Source: a virus
Lineage: Duplodnaviria; Caudoviricetes
Strand: one strand, 5' to 3'
Length of the DNA: 46,214 nucleotides
Virus record (IMG/VR): IMGVR_UViG_3300033417_000015
Location: 1-46,214 of that record
The position numbers and the translations under genes were made by a program. Under the pieces are notes generated by a model. The model saw only the letters and a list, made by a program, of their open reading frames with translations. It was not told the origin of the DNA and made no database searches. How positions within the stretch are numbered: the first letter of the stretch is position 1; each line of letters begins with the position of its first letter. Shown in pieces: positions 1-5,630 of this stretch.

Positions 1-174
1 ATCTGTTTTGACGTAAAGCACGGTGACGACATCCTGCGGCGCGCCTATGTCACGTCCAGCGGCGACTTGTTCTGCGACCGCTGTGGCAGCCGCCATGACG
101 CGGAAGAAGAAGAAGAATCCTATGCGATGGAGTACGACGGATTTGAGTACGACGAGGAGCCGACCGATGAGTAA
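1..174 (+). CDS. 3' part of a small Cys-containing protein (ICFDVKHG...FCDRCG...EEPTDE*), likely continuing the ORF at 45940
   Basis: Frame 1 is open from base 1 to TAA at 172-174 and ends in the array junction motif. Confidence 0.65.
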   Translation: MCFDVKHGDDILRRAYVTSSGDLFCDRCGSRHDAEEEEESYAMEYDGFEYDEEPTDE

Positions 175-484
175 CGAACAACTCAAATCGCAACAGCAGG
201 ATATACACCCGTTTTATTCGGGCAGTCAGTATGCCGATTGGACTATCTGCAATTGCGCGCGTTGCTCCAAAGGCGCGCACTTGCTGGGGCCAGATGCCTT
301 GCCGACTTGTGAAATTGAGCTTGCGCTAGGCGAGGCGTACATACTTGACGGCAAAGTTAATGCGGAGATTGCGAGACGGATGGGGTATGCCGCCGAGGGG
401 TGGGCGTATACGTGGCAGTGCCACGAGGTTAACTGGACGGATGAGTGGAAAGCGGAGTGCAACAGCCTTGACGTACTCCCATGA
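167..484 (+). CDS. Cys-rich hypothetical protein (MSNEQLKSQQ...), C-terminus altered by an IS605-type insertion
   Basis: ATG inside the junction motif with AGGAG SD. Removing 468-806 restores the ending ...ECNSRKGGDR* with an ATGA overlap into the next gene. Confidence 0.8.
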   Translation: MSNEQLKSQQQDIHPFYSGSQYADWTICNCARCSKGAHLLGPDALPTCEIELALGEAYILDGKVNAEIARRMGYAAEGWAYTWQCHEVNWTDEWKAECNSLDVLP

Positions 485-696
485 CTAAAGTCAAGGGATT
501 CTGGGGTCAAACATGGGATGCCCCTACAAAGGGTCTTACTCTCACTAGCCCAAGAGGAGACGCCCCTCCTCATACAGCAATTTGTTGCACTTTGGCGTTA
601 CAGATTTTACGTGTGGGACTTCCCCACACAACCGCATAATCTATAGTTTTAAGGTGCTACACAGTGGAGGATATTACCCCGTCTCACTGGGTTGTA
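468..696 (-). ncRNA. Putative TnpB omega-RNA (reRNA)-like scaffold; the guide would be the flanking 467-~448
   Basis: Extended -10 TGcTATACT at 711-703 points toward the right end. The 3' part GGGGCGTCTCCTCTTGGG...GTAAGACCC...GGGGCA...TTGACCCCAGAATCCC resembles IS605 tnpB right-end RNA. Internal long hairpin at ~599-645. 5' end is estimated. Confidence 0.6.
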
Positions 697-806
697 TCTA
701 CCAGTATAGCATATTTTTAGGTTGTTTATTGTGTCAGATGGCTGACAGATGCAGCGGGCATTCATCCAACGGTTAAAACACGTTGGCTTTCTGCCCGAAA
801 GGACTC
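468..806 (-). mobile_element. Non-autonomous IS200/IS605-family element (no tnpA or tnpB)
   Basis: On the minus strand it is inserted 3' of TTAC. Left end has AAAG at the foot of hairpin CCAACG...CGTTGG. Right end is GAAT-CCCTTGACTTTAGTCATGGGA-GTACG-TCAA. No target duplication. Precise excision restores gene coupling. Confidence 0.88.
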
Positions 807-822
807 GTAAAGGAGGCGACCG

Positions 823-1032
823 ATGAGTGACAATAGTGTTGATGTTGCGCGTCTAACAGATGCCGTCAATTGCCTAATCGAAGCCAAATGGCGCATTGAC
901 GAAGCGGTAACAAATATCGCAGACGCTCGCCTTTCTGATGCCGTCAATAGCCTGTTTATGGATACCAAGCTGACGATTGAGATGCTAGAGGAACGCATTC
1001 GGAAGTTGAAAAGGGAGCCGACCGATGAGTGA
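823..1032 (+). CDS. Small helical hypothetical protein (array cassette)
   Basis: Starts MSDN in the junction and ends REPTDE* in the next junction. Confidence 0.85.
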   Translation: MSDNSVDVARLTDAVNCLIEAKWRIDEAVTNIADARLSDAVNSLFMDTKLTIEMLEERIRKLKREPTDE

Positions 1033-1252
1033 CAATAAATTCAGCTTGATATGTAACGATGGCGAAAATCTCGAGATCAAAAAATTGAAACTCGCTGCTG
1101 TCAAAACAACGACGGAGCGCGGCGTGATCGTGGAGATACACTACGCCCTGGAGCTGGACGATGAAACTACCGCGCCGCCCGCGAGTGAGACACACCAGGC
1201 ACAGGAGCCGACAGATGAGTTACAACATGAACAAAATGGTGGAAGTGGTTGA
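1025..1252 (+). CDS. Small hypothetical protein (array cassette)
   Basis: Starts MSDN. Reads through QEPTDE because the junction TGA is TTA at this copy. Confidence 0.8.
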   Translation: MSDNKFSLICNDGENLEIKKLKLAAVKTTTERGVIVEIHYALELDDETTAPPASETHQAQEPTDELQHEQNGGSG

Positions 1253-1553
1253 CGATTGGGCAAAGCGCCATCGCATAAAGCGCGAAGCAGCCGATGAAGT
1301 AGGCATTGCGATAGAGAGAGTGTGCAACTACTACGAAGTCCGTCTGCGCGTCGCGCAAGCCGACCGCGACGACTTGACCGCCAAGCTGGATGCTGCACAG
1401 GCACGCATTGCGGAGCTAGAGGCGCAGCTCGCCACTGCAAGCGCGAGAGCCGAGGAACGTGAAGCGGCTCTAAGGAGAGAACTGCGAACTTGGTCTAGGT
1501 TCGCAAACGTAGCGGACGATCTATTTGGCGCAAAGGAGCCGAGCGATGAGTGA
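1215..1553 (+). CDS. Coiled-coil hypothetical protein (ARIAELEA motif; array cassette)
   Basis: ATG in the junction at 1215; ends KEPSDE*. Confidence 0.85.
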   Translation: MSYNMNKMVEVVDDWAKRHRIKREAADEVGIAIERVCNYYEVRLRVAQADRDDLTAKLDAAQARIAELEAQLATASARAEEREAALRRELRTWSRFANVADDLFGAKEPSDE

Positions 1554-1770
1554 CAACGTAATCCGAGAGGGCGACCGCGTGAGTTGGCGATCTAGGCGCG
1601 TCAATCGCCAGGGCAGTACGCGACGAACTGGTATTGTACTCAAGATTTATGCGTTCAAACCAGGATCTGAATATGCCTATCTCCGTCCTGACAAGGGTTA
1701 TGGCCGCCTTCAGCACATCTCGTTGCGCCGACTAAACAAAATAGATACACAGGAGCCGACCGATGAGTGA
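1546..1770 (+). CDS. Small basic protein, possible SH3/KOW-like barrel (array cassette)
   Basis: MSDNVIREGDRVSW...TGIVLKI pattern; ends QEPTDE*. Confidence 0.8.
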   Translation: MSDNVIREGDRVSWRSRRVNRQGSTRRTGIVLKIYAFKPGSEYAYLRPDKGYGRLQHISLRRLNKIDTQEPTDE

Positions 1771-2059
1771 CGAACAGCCCGTGTGGGCACACGCGCGCGT
1801 CACAGACGGATGGTATATCGTTTGTCATCCTATGGAGGATGATACATTGCAGCGTGTCGAGGATGGACGCATGGACGATGGCGGCGGCGATTTTGCGTTG
1901 ACGCTGCTCCAACACGGCTATACATTCCGCCCCGTTGAAATTATCCCCGTTGAGGAACGCGAACGGTGGCGAGAAATGAACGCCGCGCTCGCCGCGCGCA
2001 TTGCCGAGCTAGAAGCCGCGCTGGACGCGGCGCGCGAGACGCAGCCGCCTGAAAATTGA
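1763..2059 (+). CDS. Hypothetical protein with C-terminal ARIAELEA coiled coil (last array cassette)
   Basis: Starts MSDEQ in the junction. Confidence 0.85.
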   Translation: MSDEQPVWAHARVTDGWYIVCHPMEDDTLQRVEDGRMDDGGGDFALTLLQHGYTFRPVEIIPVEERERWREMNAALAARIAELEAALDAARETQPPEN

Positions 2060-2075
2060 CGCGTTTTGACGCGTT
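2056..2075. repeat. Perfect tandem 10-mer TTGACGCGTT x2 just upstream of a promoter
   Basis: Direct reading; ends 18 nt before the -35 box. Confidence 0.7.
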
Positions 2076-2093
2076 TATTGGCGATATTGGGGG

Positions 2094-2122
2094 TTGACTT
2101 GTTTGCTTCTTTATGGTACGAT
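2094..2122 (+). promoter_or_regulatory. Strong sigma70-type early promoter
   Basis: TTGACT (2094-2099), 17-nt spacer, TACGAT (2117-2122) with extended TG. Confidence 0.8.
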
Positions 2123-2180
2123 AGAACCAAGAGAGCGACACATACGAGAGGTCGCAGAGATTAGCCAAAAGGAAACGAAA

Positions 2181-2555
2181 ATGACAATCACAGTGACCTG
2201 CCAATACACCGAAATCGAATTTGAAGCCGCCAGCAAGCGCAGCAAGAATCACCCGCTGGTTGCCGCTTTCCTTGACGAAGCCGCCAAAGATCGCTTCCAT
2301 AGTGGTGCGTACAACAAAGCGAAGGAACTGTTGACCGAGGCCAAAGGCCAGAGCAGCGACATTGACGAGATTATGACAGCCGTTCGTAACGCCCACGCCG
2401 CCTGGTGCGACGGTGAAGCCAAGCCGAAGGTGCGTATTGTCCGCCAGTGGAAGAACAATCGCCGCGACGGTTATGACGCCGACCGCGAAATCAATGACCT
2501 CGACGACTACTTCACGCAGCCGATGCGTAGCACAATCGGCGACACCGAACTTTAA
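2181..2555 (+). CDS. Hypothetical early protein
   Basis: AAGGA SD before ATG 2181, downstream of the promoter. Confidence 0.8.
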   Translation: MTITVTCQYTEIEFEAASKRSKNHPLVAAFLDEAAKDRFHSGAYNKAKELLTEAKGQSSDIDEIMTAVRNAHAAWCDGEAKPKVRIVRQWKNNRRDGYDADREINDLDDYFTQPMRSTIGDTEL

Positions 2556-2596
2556 CCCACACCGACCTGGCTATGTCGATAAACTAGCTACCGCAA
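2553..2596 (+). ncRNA. Intergenic H-type pseudoknot motif, copy 1
   Basis: P1 CGAC(2563)/GTCG(2575); P2 TGGCTA(2568)/TAGCTA(2585). Covaries with copy 2. Confidence 0.7.
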
Positions 2597-2626
2597 CCTA
2601 ACCAACCGCCACAGGAGACACACACC

Positions 2627-2929
2627 ATGGCCAGCAAGACAACCACCACGAGACTGCTTAATCTCACCGCCGGAAGTCGCACGAATCCTGTCCACGCCCA
2701 GGTTGAATTTTCCGGCACACTGACTGCTGAACTGGCCATCGCCGTCGCCAAGCGAGCGTTTGGTCATGCCGACGGCGTTACGGTACTTGACCCCGACACT
2801 GCCACGGCCTATCGTATCACTCGTGGCAAGGCTAGAAACATCACCGACCCAGAAGCCGCGGCCAATGCGATCATCGAGCAAGGCTGGCGTAACGAGCAGG
2901 CCACACAACACCGCAACGAATTTGAATAA
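2627..2929 (+). CDS. Hypothetical early protein
   Basis: AGGAG SD; 100-aa ORF. Confidence 0.8.
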   Translation: MASKTTTTRLLNLTAGSRTNPVHAQVEFSGTLTAELAIAVAKRAFGHADGVTVLDPDTATAYRITRGKARNITDPEAAANAIIEQGWRNEQATQHRNEFE

Positions 2930-2971
2930 CCCACCCCGACCCGGCCACGTCGCTTAAACTGGCCGCCGCAA
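2927..2971 (+). ncRNA. Intergenic H-type pseudoknot motif, copy 2
   Basis: P1 CGAC(2937)/GTCG(2949); P2 CGGCCA(2942)/TGGCCG(2960). Confidence 0.7.
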
Positions 2972-3004
2972 TCAAGCAACATTTAGCAGGAGACATAAAC
3001 CATC

Positions 3005-3220
3005 ATGACCAGCGCAGTATACAGTCCAGCATTTGAGGTAGTTTCCCCGTCAGGCTGGCGTTGCGCCATTTTTGCTGGCGAAAACGCCGAAGGCCGAGCG
3101 TACGAATACGCTCGGCGCAGTGCGCCCGTTGCCGTGAGTGGAGAGTTGAGTCGAGTCATCCGGCACGAAGAATACACCGTGCCAGAGAACTCCTTTGCGT
3201 GTGATCGACCCGTCGCATAA
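3005..3220 (+). CDS. Hypothetical early protein
   Basis: AGGAG SD; 71-aa ORF. Confidence 0.75.
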   Translation: MTSAVYSPAFEVVSPSGWRCAIFAGENAEGRAYEYARRSAPVAVSGELSRVIRHEEYTVPENSFACDRPVA

Positions 3221-3252
3221 CGCAATCAACCCTTTGCCAACAGGAGAAAATT

Positions 3253-3603
3253 ATGAACGAATTTAGCGATGAACTGAAGAACATGACAACTGAAGATTTA
3301 GTCCGAGCAACACTATGGATTAAAAGAGGCAGAGGCACTACTCCAGAACGAAGCGAGGGCTGGGAGGGTGTGTACCTAGATGAGGCAAGACGAAGAGATA
3401 TTTCTATCATCGTTGACCGGATCGTCAACGGCATCCGTAGCGGATACCGCGACCCCAGCAACATCCGCGAGTGCGCCCGCCAACTGGCGCACGAAGCGGC
3501 TAGCTATCACCGCAACGGATGGCGCGCAGAGGATTACGGTGCGCTGGAAAAGGCGGTGTATAGCGCCGTCGAACAAAGATTGCTGGAGCTACCTACATTA
3601 TGA
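3253..3603 (+). CDS. Hypothetical early protein
   Basis: AGGAG SD; ATGA overlap with the next gene. Confidence 0.8.
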   Translation: MNEFSDELKNMTTEDLVRATLWIKRGRGTTPERSEGWEGVYLDEARRRDISIIVDRIVNGIRSGYRDPSNIRECARQLAHEAASYHRNGWRAEDYGALEKAVYSAVEQRLLELPTL

Positions 3604-3854
3604 CCACCAACACCCGCGGCGGCGCGCGTCCCGCCGTCCGTCCCGACGATGGCCGCCACAATAACCCAGGCGGCCCAGGGCGGATGCCAAAATCGTTCAC
3701 GCTCCAGCTCGGCCAAAAACTCTTTGTCGGCGCGCACGACCGCGACGGCAACGCACTCGACAATGAATACGCGTGGACGGTCACAGATCTCAACCGCACC
3801 ACCGTCACCATCACCAGCGAGCATAGCGGCACCACCTACCGCATCCACCGCTAA
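3600..3854 (+). CDS. Small protein with RGGAR...GPGR N-terminal motif (possible DNA binding)
   Basis: Coupled start; ends just before a terminator. Confidence 0.75.
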   Translation: MTTNTRGGARPAVRPDDGRHNNPGGPGRMPKSFTLQLGQKLFVGAHDRDGNALDNEYAWTVTDLNRTTVTITSEHSGTTYRIHR

Positions 3855-3878
3855 CCGTTTCAGTGCCCACAAAAACAA

Positions 3879-3914
3879 AACGCCGCGCGGCCTGAAACAT
3901 GGCCGCGCGGCGTT
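3879..3914. terminator. Intrinsic terminator, probably bidirectional, between converging early and late operons
   Basis: 14-bp perfect stem AACGCCGCGCGGCC / GGCCGCGCGGCGTT with an 8-nt loop; T-run follows on the minus strand. Confidence 0.9.
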
Positions 3915-3934
3915 GTTGCGTGCGCGCGTTGGCA

Positions 3935-4885
3935 TCAACCACCTCCTGATACAATCTCCAGCGGCTCCAGCCACACGCTCTCCAACGCAGGAGCCGCCAT
4001 AGGCGTGCCTGTCACCGCCAGCCACGGCAAATCCACATAGCGTGTCCCTAGCGCGGTGTGCAGCCGCCGCGTGTCGGCGCGGCCATAACCAGTGCGTTCG
4101 TCATAGCCTGGCGGCTCCACGTCCACCAGCGACGCCATCAGGATGGCTGTCAGTTCGTCCAGCGTCAACGTCGGCTGCTGGCTCCAAATATAGGATGCCA
4201 TGCCGGAGACAATCGCGGCGGACGCGCTCGTGCCGTTGGCGTACAGATAGCCGCTCTCGCCAAGTGGCGCACGCACGCGCTTCCCCTGCGCGGATACGTC
4301 AATCCAAGCACCATAGCTGGACACATCTAGGTCATACGCTGCCACCGCAGTTGATGGCGCATAGGCCGCGGGGTAGAATGGCGTATCGTCGCCGCTGTTG
4401 CCTGCCGAAACCACGACTAGCACGCCAGAGGCCACCGCGTTTGAGATTGCCTCGCGCATCGGCGGATAGTCAAACGTGCCGCCGCTTGAGATGTTGATGA
4501 TACGCGCCCCATGCTCCACCGCGTAGTTGATGCCGTTGACGGTGTGATCCTGGCGCATCCGGCACATATACGATGCCTGGATGATGAGCAACTCCACCGC
4601 GGGATTCTGGTCAATCACGATGCCCGCCATGCCTGTGCCGTGCAGACAGGTGTCGAACACCCCATTGGCGTTCAACCCTTCGGTCGCGTTATACGATGTG
4701 ATGGTCGTATTGGCAAAATGCGGGTGGGCTAGGTTGATGCCGGAGTCAATGATTGCCACCGTCACAGGCGCGGGCGGGATAGTCGAATTTGGCGAATAGG
4801 TAATCGGCTCACTGGCATAGGCTGAACGCAGGGCAAAGGCGGCGAGGATGGCGGCGATGAGCCACCAGTGCCGCTTAACTGCCAT
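3935..4885 (-). CDS. Secreted subtilisin-like (S8) serine protease
   Basis: Signal peptide MAVKRHWWLIAAILAAFALRSAYA; catalytic motifs VAIIDSG, HGTGMAG, GTSASA; oxyanion SAGN. Confidence 0.93.
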   Translation of the reverse strand: MAVKRHWWLIAAILAAFALRSAYASEPITYSPNSTIPPAPVTVAIIDSGINLAHPHFANTTITSYNATEGLNANGVFDTCLHGTGMAGIVIDQNPAVELLIIQASYMCRMRQDHTVNGINYAVEHGARIINISSGGTFDYPPMREAISNAVASGVLVVVSAGNSGDDTPFYPAAYAPSTAVAAYDLDVSSYGAWIDVSAQGKRVRAPLGESGYLYANGTSASAAIVSGMASYIWSQQPTLTLDELTAILMASLVDVEPPGYDERTGYGRADTRRLHTALGTRYVDLPWLAVTGTPMAAPALESVWLEPLEIVSGGG

Positions 4886-4925
4886 TGTGTTCCTTCCTTT
4901 CGGCTACTGTGTAGCCACATGTTCA

Positions 4926-5627
4926 TCAACTCACCGGGTAAATCGCCACGCCCGAGATCCTCACCTCGCTCATATCGGCGTTGGTCAGCACGACCGGCGG
5001 CGCGGCAATGCTCAGTAGCTCGATATAGCTCTGGTTGTACAACACGCCACCCGTCAGCCCCGCGGCCAGCCCGATGTAGCGAAAGGCCACGGTGCCGATG
5101 TCAAAGGCGTCCCCCGCCGCACGCGCGGGCAGCCCATAGATGCGCGCATCGCCGGTGTCGGCGGTCGTCGGCCACGCCACATCAAACCAGGCATAGACAA
5201 TGCCGCCATTGCGGATGTAATACGCGCGCACCCCCACCAGCGTGACGCCATTACCTGCGGGCGACCACGCCCCCGAGTCACCCGCCAAGCCTGTGTTGGG
5301 CGCGTGGTCGTGATAAGCCACCGGGTACATCAGCGCGGTCAGCGCCGGGCTACTCATGTCCACGTCGATGATCGTCCACGCGCCGTCGATTTTCTGCAGC
5401 AAGACCGGCGTGCCCGCCAGCCGTGGCGCGCCCATGTTGCGCGCTTCGACCAGCCCGGCGATTTCATCGCTCGCGCCCAGTTGCACAAAGACCTTGTGTA
5501 GTTCACCCGGCACTTCGACGTCGGTGCTGCCATCGGCATTGGCGCGCCCCACGCGCCCCACGCTGACGAGGTAGCGTCCCGCGGCGACATTGGCATAGGC
5601 CAGCGCATCCAGGATGTTATCAGACAT
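4926..5627 (-). CDS. Tail tip / receptor-binding-like protein
   Basis: Last tail gene; C-terminal YIRNGGIVYAWF...IYGLP beta-sandwich pattern typical of siphophage RBP heads. Confidence 0.65.
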   Translation of the reverse strand: MSDNILDALAYANVAAGRYLVSVGRVGRANADGSTDVEVPGELHKVFVQLGASDEIAGLVEARNMGAPRLAGTPVLLQKIDGAWTIIDVDMSSPALTALMYPVAYHDHAPNTGLAGDSGAWSPAGNGVTLVGVRAYYIRNGGIVYAWFDVAWPTTADTGDARIYGLPARAAGDAFDIGTVAFRYIGLAAGLTGGVLYNQSYIELLSIAAPPVVLTNADMSEVRISGVAIYPVS

Positions 5628-5630
5628 GGC

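Larger units (their letters stand above)
155..1771 (+). repeat. Dispersed 21-nt gene-junction repeat AGGAGCCGACCGATGAGTGAC (copies at 155, 811, 1013, 1203, 1534, 1751; also 45655)
   Basis: Direct reading: the six copies here have 0-2 mismatches and the 45655 copy is more diverged. Each carries an SD, the ATG of the next gene and usually the stop of the previous gene. Confidence 0.95.

Noticed and set aside
481-776. Short ORFs inside the IS-like element (481-639, 582-776)
   Set aside because: No SD and no TnpA or TnpB motifs; the region is better explained as structured non-coding element sequence.
155-1771. CRISPR array interpretation of the 21-nt repeats
   Set aside because: Intervals are about 190-660 nt, variable, and are complete ORFs. 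The repeat is an SD/start signal and no cas genes are present.
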